Position numbers and translations under genes: made by a program. DNA of 64,000 nucleotides from the NCBI GenBank assembly GCA_028716045.1, contig JAQUQO010000001.1, forward strand, positions 64,942 through 128,941, in the 5' to 3' direction. The DNA comes from Patescibacteria group bacterium. Lineage in GTDB: Bacteria > Patescibacteriota > Patescibacteriia > JAQUQO01. Positions 56,744 to 64,000 of this stretch are shown here, piece by piece. The notes below the pieces were generated by a model that saw only the letters and a list, made by a program, of their open reading frames with translations, did not search any database and was not told where the DNA came from. Position 1 is the stretch's first letter, and each line of letters starts with the position of its first letter.

Positions 56744-57244
56744 ATGGAGGAGGTTAAAGAGAGAAAAAATAAATACGAAAATACCCTGATGTCCTGGAGT
56801 TTTCCGGAGTCGGAAAGCTATGAAAGGGGATGGTTGTGGTATGCCGGTGTTTTATTTTTTGGCTTATTATTTTTGATTTATGCCGTTTGGGTGAATAATT
56901 ACCTTTTTGTTTTAATTGTCCTTATTGCTATCATTATAATGTTCACGTATTCTGTCAAAGAACCGGAAGAAGTTAATTTTGTCATAACCGATGAAGGGGT
57001 GGGAGTGAATAGTAAGTTTTATTCCTTTGAGCAGTTAAAAAATTTTTGGATTGTTTATAACCCCCCGTTGGTAAAAAAATTGTTTTTGGAGTTTAAAAGC
57101 AGTATCAGGCCAGAGTTAACGGTTAATTTAGGGGACCAGAACCCGTTAAAAGTAAGGGAAGTTTTGCTGAAACACATAGAAGAAAATTTAGAGAGAGAAG
57201 AAGAGCCGTTTTCCGATGAAGTTGCGCGTTGGTTAAAAATATAG
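56744..57244 (+). CDS. Hypothetical membrane protein (2 TM)
   Basis: GGAGGAGG RBS upstream. The 166-aa product has two TM helices (res about 35-75) and a C-terminal soluble part. Confidence 0.5.
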   Translation: MEEVKERKNKYENTLMSWSFPESESYERGWLWYAGVLFFGLLFLIYAVWVNNYLFVLIVLIAIIIMFTYSVKEPEEVNFVITDEGVGVNSKFYSFEQLKNFWIVYNPPLVKKLFLEFKSSIRPELTVNLGDQNPLKVREVLLKHIEENLEREEEPFSDEVARWLKI

Positions 57245-57361
57245 AAAATCAATACTCAAATCCTAATTTCTCTCCCTTCGGGAGATCCCTCATGGGGGGG
57301 CAGTGTCAAATAGCTTGAACAATTTGACAGCCGGTGTTAGGATTTTGTAGTTTATATATAC

Positions 57362-57436
57362 GCTCTCGTCGTTCAATGGATAGGACGCAAGATTGCGGAT
57401 CTTGCAATGCAGGTTCGATTCCTGCCGGGAGCACCA
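57362..57436 (+). tRNA. tRNA-Arg (anticodon read as GCG; encoded CCA)
   Basis: GCTCTCG/CGGGAGC acceptor (one G-U pair), anticodon stem CAAGA/TCTTG with loop TTGCGGA, T arm GCAGG-TTCGATT-CCTGC, and a 3' CCA. The GCG anticodon is unusual for bacteria. Confidence 0.65.
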
Positions 57437-57447
57437 GAAATTAAAAT

Positions 57448-58083
57448 ATGAATAACTATTTTGAAAATTATATCAGGGCAGTTAAGAAACCACTACCGGA
57501 GATGGTCGAATATTTTGAAAAGGAGAATAATTATTTAAAAGAGCTAGTAGATAAAAATAGCAAGGTTCTTGATGTTGGTTGCGGCAATGGCCGTACTATG
57601 AAATTTTTATCTCCTTTCGTTAGAGAAATTGTTGGTATAGATTATGATGAAAATATGATAAAAGAAGCAGAGAAAAATTTGGCGGCCAATAAGAATGTCA
57701 AACTTTTGCTCGAAGATTTTTTTAGAACTAATTTTAAAGATAAATTTGATTTGACTTTCGCTTCTTATAATTTATTAGGGTCGAGCGAGATACTAGAAAA
57801 TCAGAAAGAAGTTTTTATAAATAAAATGGTGGATAATACAAATCCCGGCGGGCACACTGTATTTTCTGTTTGGAGTGATAAAGGGTTAGATTTTGCTAAA
57901 AAATATTATTCCTCTATAGGAGATATGGTTAAAGATATTAGAAATAATATTGTTATTACTAACGTAGGAGAATTTAAGAGGTTCACTAAAAAAGAATTAA
58001 CAAAATTAGCTAACCGAGTTACTGATAATTTTAAGATTACTGAATTGGCAGGCATATTTTATTTATTAGATATTAAAGTTTAG
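57448..58083 (+). CDS. Class I SAM-dependent methyltransferase
   Basis: The VLDVGCGNGRTMKFL motif I. The 211-aa product has unknown substrate. Confidence 0.7.
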   Translation: MNNYFENYIRAVKKPLPEMVEYFEKENNYLKELVDKNSKVLDVGCGNGRTMKFLSPFVREIVGIDYDENMIKEAEKNLAANKNVKLLLEDFFRTNFKDKFDLTFASYNLLGSSEILENQKEVFINKMVDNTNPGGHTVFSVWSDKGLDFAKKYYSSIGDMVKDIRNNIVITNVGEFKRFTKKELTKLANRVTDNFKITELAGIFYLLDIKV

Positions 58084-58089
58084 GGTCAT

Positions 58090-60228
58090 ATGTTTGTTCT
58101 TGCCACCCCAGTATCCCATTTGACCCGCGTTGGCAGGGTTACAGCTAAGCAATTAGAGAAGATAGGCATTGAGACCGTTGAGGATCTCATTTTTTATTAT
58201 CCTTTTCGCTATGACGATTTAAGCCGGGTTTTGACCATAGATAAGTTATTCCCCGGGGTTGAGGCGACCGTTCGGGGGCGGGTAGAGCTCATAAAAAATC
58301 GCCGCAGTCCGGTGAAAAAGAAAATCCTCACCGAAGCCATTGTTTCCGATGACACCGGCTCCCTCAAGGTTGTTTGGTTTAATCAGCCGTTTTTAACTAA
58401 AAATATCAGGCCCGGTGATGTGATTTATTTGGCTGGCAAGGCGAACTTTGATTATCGGGAGATAGAATTCGTCAATCCGGTATATGAAATAGTAAGAAGA
58501 GGAGCGCCCTTGAATACCGCGGCTATTGTGCCGGTTTATCATCTGACTGGCAGGATAACCCAAAAGCAATTGCGTTTTTTAATTAAACATTCATTGGACT
58601 TCATCGGCGAAGTGCCGGAATGGTTGCCTAAAGATATTATTAAAAGACGCGATTTTATTTCTATCACCGAGGCCCTAAGGCAAATTCATTTTCCCGCGTC
58701 TTGGGCGGAAGTGGAAGAAGCGGAGTCCAGATTAAAGTTTGACGAACTATTTTTATTTCAGCTTTTGGCCCAAAGGATAAAACATTTATTAAAAAAGAGT
58801 CGGGCTATCCCGATTGAATTTAAGAAAAGACAAACCGTAAAATTTGTAAATAGCTTGCCGTTTAAGCTCACTAATGACCAACGTTTGGCCGCTTGGGAAA
58901 TTATCAAGGATTTAGAGGGCGATAGGCCGATGAACCGATTACTTGAAGGTGATGTGGGTTCCGGCAAAACCGTGGTGGCTGCCATGGCGATGCTCAATGT
59001 CGTTTTAAATAAACACCAAGCGGCTTTGATGGCCGCCACGGACATTTTGGCGCGACAGCATTATAAAACCATTTGTAAATTGTTGGCCGATTTTAATATA
59101 AAAATCGGGCTGGTGACGAGAAGCGAGAAGAAGATAAATTATAAATTAGGAGCTAGAAATCCAGTAGGGGGTAAAAAAAATTTTGATTCAAGATTCGTAA
59201 CTCATAATTCGGATATAATTATCGGCACGCACGCTTTAATTTCCGCCAAAGGCGCCGTGCCCGCCGACAGGCACGGACCCGCCTCTGGCGGGCAGGATAA
59301 AATTGAGTTTAAGAATTTAGCCCTTACCATTATTGACGAACAACATCGTTTCGGCGTGGAACAAAGAAAGTTTTTAAAAGCCAATAGCGGCCAATCCGGA
59401 ATTACTCCTCATTTTCTATCTATGACCGCCACGCCCATACCGCGCTCTTTGGCCCTTGCTCTATATGGCGATTTGGATTTATCTATCATTAAAGAAATGC
59501 CCAAAGGAAGGAAGAAGATATTAACCAAAATTGTTGACTCCAAAAATCGAAGCGGGGCTTACGAGTTTATCAGAGAAAAAGTAAAAGAGGGGAGGCAGGT
59601 TTTTGTCATTTGCCCGTTGATTAATCCGTCTGATAAATTAGGCGTAAAATCAGTAGCTGAAGAATATCAAAAATTAAGGAAAGATATTTTTCCAGAATTT
59701 AAAATAGAAGCTCTGCACGGCAAATTACCAAGCGCGGCCAAAGAGAAAATTATGACCGAGTTTTCGGAAAATAAAATAAATGTTTTAGTTTCCACTTCGG
59801 TGGTGGAAGTCGGTATTGATGTTCCCAACGCCACGATTATGATGATTGAAGGAGCGGAAAGATTCGGGCTGGCCCAACTTCATCAGTTTCGCGGGCGCGT
59901 GGGCAGAGGAGAACACCAATCTTATTGTTTGCTTTTCAGTGACAATCTTGTTGGGCAAACTAAAGAAAGATTGCGCGCCTTAGTCAGTAGTAACGACGGC
60001 TTTGCTTTGGCTGAAAAGGATTTGGCTTTAAGGGGCCCAGGGGAGGTTTATGGCACGCAACAGTCGGGGATTATTGATTTAAAATTAGCCAAATTAACCG
60101 ATTTTTTAATTATTAAACAAGCCAAAGAAGAAGCGGAAAAGATTATTGCCGACGACCCGGAATTTAAAAAGTACGCGGAGATAAAAGCTCGGCTAAGATT
60201 AGCGGAAGAAGCGGTTCATTTGGAATAG
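58090..60228 (+). CDS. recG: ATP-dependent DNA helicase RecG
   Basis: A wedge/OB N-domain (…FYYPFRYDD…), helicase motifs GDVGSGKT and DEQHRFG, and a C-terminal TRG motif region. Confidence 0.9.
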   Translation: MFVLATPVSHLTRVGRVTAKQLEKIGIETVEDLIFYYPFRYDDLSRVLTIDKLFPGVEATVRGRVELIKNRRSPVKKKILTEAIVSDDTGSLKVVWFNQPFLTKNIRPGDVIYLAGKANFDYREIEFVNPVYEIVRRGAPLNTAAIVPVYHLTGRITQKQLRFLIKHSLDFIGEVPEWLPKDIIKRRDFISITEALRQIHFPASWAEVEEAESRLKFDELFLFQLLAQRIKHLLKKSRAIPIEFKKRQTVKFVNSLPFKLTNDQRLAAWEIIKDLEGDRPMNRLLEGDVGSGKTVVAAMAMLNVVLNKHQAALMAATDILARQHYKTICKLLADFNIKIGLVTRSEKKINYKLGARNPVGGKKNFDSRFVTHNSDIIIGTHALISAKGAVPADRHGPASGGQDKIEFKNLALTIIDEQHRFGVEQRKFLKANSGQSGITPHFLSMTATPIPRSLALALYGDLDLSIIKEMPKGRKKILTKIVDSKNRSGAYEFIREKVKEGRQVFVICPLINPSDKLGVKSVAEEYQKLRKDIFPEFKIEALHGKLPSAAKEKIMTEFSENKINVLVSTSVVEVGIDVPNATIMMIEGAERFGLAQLHQFRGRVGRGEHQSYCLLFSDNLVGQTKERLRALVSSNDGFALAEKDLALRGPGEVYGTQQSGIIDLKLAKLTDFLIIKQAKEEAEKIIADDPEFKKYAEIKARLRLAEEAVHLE

Positions 60229-60320
60229 TTAAAAGTTTGACAAGATTGAAAGGGTATGTTAACATAAAAACATCGTTCTTTCTAATCCCCAAATTAAACA
60301 ATGGAAAAAGGAGGTTTTCA

Positions 60321-60821
60321 ATGTCAATGTCGGGAAAAAATGGTAATGGGAACAATGGCAATGACCGCAGGGTAAAGATTAAGGGAATTATGAGTGCAGA
60401 CGTCGGAAAGTCAGCGTTTTGTGGTAAATCACGAGAAGTAATCCCCTCGTATGAACCAAGATTCCCGTTTTTTGTGTGCGTGATTAAACCCGATCCATTT
60501 AAAGGGATAATGGTATCGCTCGGACGCAATTTCCCGGAGATAAAAAATCGGCTTTGTTCCGCGATAAATGGGAAAAAGCGGGAAAGTAAGGAGGAAGGAA
60601 TAGCGGTAAGAAAAATTTTAAAAGCGGAAGATACGACGACGTTAGTGGAGGGGTTGAATAAACTGGGTCGCCTTATTATAAAAGGTACGATTAAAAAAAA
60701 GAGGGCCCGAACCAATTATATCCGTCCTTTCAGTGAGGCGCTGAGGATTTATTTTGATGACTACGAGGAACAGCAGAAGTTTTCCCCCTCGTTGCATTTT
60801 GGGTCCTCAGTCACATTATAA
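60321..60821 (+). CDS. Hypothetical protein
   Basis: A strong AAGGAGG RBS (60307-60313) lies 7 nt before ATG 60321. The 166-aa basic product has no recognised motif. The track ORF starts earlier at 60237, but that start lacks an RBS. Confidence 0.5.
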   Translation: MSMSGKNGNGNNGNDRRVKIKGIMSADVGKSAFCGKSREVIPSYEPRFPFFVCVIKPDPFKGIMVSLGRNFPEIKNRLCSAINGKKRESKEEGIAVRKILKAEDTTTLVEGLNKLGRLIIKGTIKKKRARTNYIRPFSEALRIYFDDYEEQQKFSPSLHFGSSVTL

Positions 60822-60851
60822 ATTAAGTGCTTAGCGGGGATTTAAAACATA

Positions 60852-60896
60852 AAACCGTCTCGTCCCGAGTACTCGGGGTTTGAGCGGTTTTTTTAT
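60852..60896. terminator. Bidirectional rho-independent terminator between convergent genes
   Basis: The palindrome CCCGAGT-ACTCGGG sits within a longer stem AAACCG...CGGTTT. TTTTTTTATTT follows on the + strand and A-rich sequence on the - strand. Confidence 0.5.
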
Positions 60897-60911
60897 TTGC
60901 ACCTTCATTTA

Positions 60912-61472
60912 TTATTTAGATATCGCCGGACTGTTTTTTAGATAAAATCTCCAGGGTTTGTGTTTCCATTCCTCGGCATAATCAATGCCGATTCGTTTGG
61001 CGGATTTAATTTGGCGTTTATTATTTTTTTCTCCTTCCGTAATATAAAGCTCGTCGCCGTTTAATTTTTTTCCATTTAATTTTTTATCAATTTTCATTTC
61101 GCGGCAAAGTTTTCCCGGGCCATCCATTAATTTGGGATTATTATTTTTAAATCCGGCGACTGGTTCTAAGACGCGGATGAGCACAGCCGCCGGATAATTT
61201 CTATTTTCCGTGACGATATTAAAACAATAGTACATACCGTAGATTAAATAAATATAAGCCCGGCCGGCTTCGCCAAACATCAATTCCGTGCGCGGTGTGC
61301 GGCCGCGGGAAGCGTGGCTGGCCTTGTCTTCCGGACCGACATAGGCCTCGGTTTCCACAATCCGGCCGACTAATTTTTTCTTGCCGATTTTTCGCACCAG
61401 ATATTTCCCCAGTAATTTTTTAGCGACTTTTAGAGTCGGCTGATTATAAAATTTTGGAGGCAGTTTTTTCAT
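60912..61472 (-). CDS. mpg: DNA-3-methyladenine glycosylase (Mpg/AAG family)
   Basis: LLGKYLVRKIGKKKLVGRIVETEAYVGPEDKASHA...AGRAYIYLIYGMYYCFNIV is the AAG-family core. Confidence 0.85.
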   Translation of the reverse strand: MKKLPPKFYNQPTLKVAKKLLGKYLVRKIGKKKLVGRIVETEAYVGPEDKASHASRGRTPRTELMFGEAGRAYIYLIYGMYYCFNIVTENRNYPAAVLIRVLEPVAGFKNNNPKLMDGPGKLCREMKIDKKLNGKKLNGDELYITEGEKNNKRQIKSAKRIGIDYAEEWKHKPWRFYLKNSPAISK

Positions 61473-61558
61473 AAGAAAATCCCGACCGAAGTCTGCTTGC
61501 CAATAAGGCAGGCGCTGTGGGTCGGGTGGGAAGTTTTAGATAATTTAAATTCTTATTC

Positions 61559-62899
61559 TTATAACAATTCCAAAGCTTGAAACAGTGAAGTGGCTTCTAT
61601 CAGTTTCAATTTAGTCGTGATTTTCTGGCTTAATTTAGGTAAAATGACCGTTTTAAATCCCAATTTTTCTATCTCCTTTAATCGTCTCTCCAGTTGATTT
61701 ATGCCGCGTATTTCCCCACCAAGGCCTATTTCCCCTAAAATGACCGTATTCGCGTCTAAACCCTTATTTTTGGCCGCTGAAGCAATGGCCAGGGCCACGG
61801 CCAGGTCCGCAGCCGGTTCCTGGATTTTTAGCCCGCCGGCGACGTTCAGATAGACATCGGAAGCATTAAGATTTATTTTAGCCCTTTGAGTTAATACGGC
61901 AATTAAAACCTGCAGGCGGTTAGGGTTAAAGCCCTCGGATTTTCTTTGGGGATAGCCGAAGTTAGTTCTATTTACCAGCGCCTGTATTTCTACAAGGAGC
62001 GGACGCGAACCCTCTAAAATACAGGTGATTGCTGAACCCGGTGACGGAGTATTTTTATTTTGTAAAAAGATTAAAGATGGATTTTTTACTTCTTCCATAC
62101 CACCGCCCGTCATTTCAAAAACGCCGACTTCGCCGGCGGAGCCAAAGCGATTTTTCACCGTGCGAAGCAGACGATAAGATTGATAACGCTCGCCTTCCAG
62201 ATAAATTACGGTATCAACCAAGTGTTCCAAAGTTTTTGGTCCGGCTACCAATCCTTCCTTCGTCACGTGTCCGATGATGAATACAGGGATATTATTTTTT
62301 TTGGCGGTTTCCAGAAGTCTGACCGTGGAAGCCCGGACTTGGCTGATGCTTCCGGCCTCGCTCGGAATATCCGGAGAGTAAATCGTTTGGATGGAATCAA
62401 TAATCGCGAGAATGGGCTTTTCTTTTTCCAGAGTGGCCACGATGGCGTTAACATCTGTTTCTCCTAAAAATGAAATATTTTTTCCGGAGAGTTTTAGCCG
62501 CTCCAAACGCAGTTTAATTTGTTCTCCAGATTCCTCACCGGAAACATAAAGCACGTTTCTGGTGTCGGACACCTTCGCGGCGATTTGGAGAATCAATGTT
62601 GATTTGCCGATTCCCGGTTCCCCGCCCAGAAGAGTTAAACTGCCCGGAACAATCCCTCCGCCGACGACTGCGTCAAATTCTTCCAAGCTGGTTTTTATTC
62701 TGGGGAATTGCAGGTGGTTTATTTCGGAAAATTTTACAGTTTTGCCGGCCACCGCCAGGGATTTTTTTTCTTCCTTAGTCGTAGTCGTCGCCACTTGTTC
62801 CAGCGTGCCCCAAGCCCCGCATTCCAAACACCGCCCGCCCCATTTTGGAGTTTGCGCGCCGCATTTGGAACATTCATATATTAAAAAGGATTTTGGCAT
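61559..62899 (-). CDS. radA: DNA repair protein RadA/Sms
   Basis: An N-terminal C4 zinc finger (CSKCGAQTPKWGGRCLECGAW), the RecA-like Walker A GGEPGIGKSTL, the KNRFG motif and a Lon-like C-terminal domain. Confidence 0.92.
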   Translation of the reverse strand: MPKSFLIYECSKCGAQTPKWGGRCLECGAWGTLEQVATTTTKEEKKSLAVAGKTVKFSEINHLQFPRIKTSLEEFDAVVGGGIVPGSLTLLGGEPGIGKSTLILQIAAKVSDTRNVLYVSGEESGEQIKLRLERLKLSGKNISFLGETDVNAIVATLEKEKPILAIIDSIQTIYSPDIPSEAGSISQVRASTVRLLETAKKNNIPVFIIGHVTKEGLVAGPKTLEHLVDTVIYLEGERYQSYRLLRTVKNRFGSAGEVGVFEMTGGGMEEVKNPSLIFLQNKNTPSPGSAITCILEGSRPLLVEIQALVNRTNFGYPQRKSEGFNPNRLQVLIAVLTQRAKINLNASDVYLNVAGGLKIQEPAADLAVALAIASAAKNKGLDANTVILGEIGLGGEIRGINQLERRLKEIEKLGFKTVILPKLSQKITTKLKLIEATSLFQALELL

Positions 62900-62905
62900 A
62901 AAATT

Positions 62906-64000
62906 TTATTGCTGTTTTCCGCCAAGCTGTTGGCAGAAATTATTATAGTATTTGCTGGCGCTTCTGGCGTATTCTGCCGCTTGTTCGTTTTTGCCTTTGA
63001 CGCCGCTTGCTCCGCCGTTATAGCCGGCGAAAGTCAGGGCAATATCTCCTCCGGACATAGGAAGGATAGTTTGAGATATTAATTTTCCCGAATATTCCAT
63101 GGAGTTCGTTTTGCCGTTTGTTCCGTGGAAGAAATCTACGCAAGATGAGGAAGCCTGCGCGCAGTGGCCGCAAGGCGGGATTTGGCAAGTAAAACCATAG
63201 TCGCCGTTTCCTTGACCAATGGACGTTTTTTCCTCTGCGGAAGCGTTCTTTTGTATTGTTTTAGTGGAGCAACTATAACCAAGGCCATCCAAAGTGTCGG
63301 GCATTAATTGGGTTACGCCTACTTCTCCGCAGGGGCCCCTTTTGGCTTGGGCGTTACCGCGATTTTCTTGTTGGAAAATCGCGGCCATGATTAGCGGGTC
63401 CACTGCCGCTCTCTTGGCCGCAGTGAGAACATCGGCATCAATAACTTGCGCTAATTTGGTTTCATCATATCCTTTGCACGGTAAAACACTGCCCTTTAAT
63501 TCTTTGGCGCTTTCAATGCTTTCTTTAACGGCAGCTTCCAAATAACGAATACTTAACGGTTTTAATTTTACCAGCCCCGGGTTTATTTCATAGAGAATCA
63601 GGTATGACCCCAGCGCTAAAAATAATCCGATGACTGCTCCTTTGATATAATCTTTCGCCTGATTAACCCTGTCCGGGCTTCCTCCGGCCGTCAGCCAAAT
63701 TGTACCTCCGATGGCAATCATAATAATTGCCACAATACCGACGATGCCTAGGGCGTAATTGTAGATAGCGGCGATGTATTCGGCTATCCACGGGATTTGC
63801 AGGTATTTTTTCCCGCCGATTTCTAATTCGGTAGGACCGGAAAATTTACTAAAATCGCCAATGGGTATTTGCAGGTCGGGCAGAACAATTTTCGGCGCGG
63901 GTTCGCCGGAAGGCGGCGGAGTTTGTGGGGCCGCAGGTTTAATACATTTATATTTGTTGGAAGTATAGGGTTCGCCGCCTACAATCCGCACATCTGTTCC
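62906..64000 (-). CDS. Lytic transglycosylase (SLT domain, VirB1-like) fused to N-terminal VirB2/TrbC-type pilin-like domain; 5' end may lie outside window
   Basis: IAAIYNYALGIVGIVAIIMIAIGGTIWLTAGGSPDRVNQAKDYIKGAVIGLFLALGSYLIL matches the helix-loop-helix domain of the 13090 and 14872 products. The C-terminal half has the SLT catalytic motif IFQQENRG...GEVGVTQLMP and ends GYNGGASG. The first in-window start is GTG at 63991, and the frame stays open to the window edge. Confidence 0.7.
   Translation of the reverse strand, partial: GTDVRIVGGEPYTSNKYKCIKPAAPQTPPPSGEPAPKIVLPDLQIPIGDFSKFSGPTELEIGGKKYLQIPWIAEYIAAIYNYALGIVGIVAIIMIAIGGTIWLTAGGSPDRVNQAKDYIKGAVIGLFLALGSYLILYEINPGLVKLKPLSIRYLEAAVKESIESAKELKGSVLPCKGYDETKLAQVIDADVLTAAKRAAVDPLIMAAIFQQENRGNAQAKRGPCGEVGVTQLMPDTLDGLGYSCSTKTIQKNASAEEKTSIGQGNGDYGFTCQIPPCGHCAQASSSCVDFFHGTNGKTNSMEYSGKLISQTILPMSGGDIALTFAGYNGGASGVKGKNEQAAEYARSASKYYNNFCQQLGGKQQ

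Noticed and set aside
60164-60715. 183-aa minus-strand ORF overlapping the recG end and the 60321 gene
   Set aside because: It has no RBS or terminator context, and the convergent terminator at 60852-60896 supports the plus-strand genes.
1-64000. Alternative genetic code with UGA recoding, as in some CPR lineages
   Set aside because: Long conserved ORFs are intact under table 11. Genes terminate at TGA, and prfB retains the UGA-dependent frameshift site.

Overview
This 64-kb chromosomal window reads like a small, streamlined genome. Its compact housekeeping genes, giant Cys-rich secreted proteins, GIY-YIG mini-ORF and four-helix-bundle protein point to a CPR/Patescibacteria-like bacterium, but that placement is inference. 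The standard genetic code applies: an RF2 gene with the classical UGA +1 frameshift site is present. Housekeeping genes: topA (partial), dprA, pth, der, an LCP-family protein, lepB, hisS, rpsU, yqeY, ybeY, dgkA, ftsA, ftsZ, nrdR, an MGMT-like gene, htrA, prfB, a GalE-like epimerase, rsmA, comFC, recG, mpg and radA, plus tRNA-Val, two tRNA-Ser and tRNA-Arg. Between them sits accessory content that looks like one surface/attachment system. It comprises two giant secreted cysteine-rich proteins of 3443 aa and 2635 aa. It also has four paralogous single-TM proteins with thrombospondin-type-3-like 'DTDGDG' Ca-binding repeats. A chromosomal T4SS-like module follows (VirB6-like, PrgI/VirB3-like, VirB4 ATPase with a possible detached N-segment, VirB8-like), with no relaxase or coupling protein in the window. 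A VirB2/TrbC-type two-helix pilin-like domain recurs at the N-termini of a 584-aa protein, of the 3443-aa giant, and of an SLT (VirB1-like) lytic transglycosylase. Other notable items are a PilB/GspE N-terminal (MshEN + N2) fragment fused to two FHA domains with no ATPase, and a fragmented tRNA-Ser locus (interrupted copy, GIY-YIG ORF, intact copy, 3'-end direct repeat). No rRNA, CRISPR, transposase or integrase was seen.
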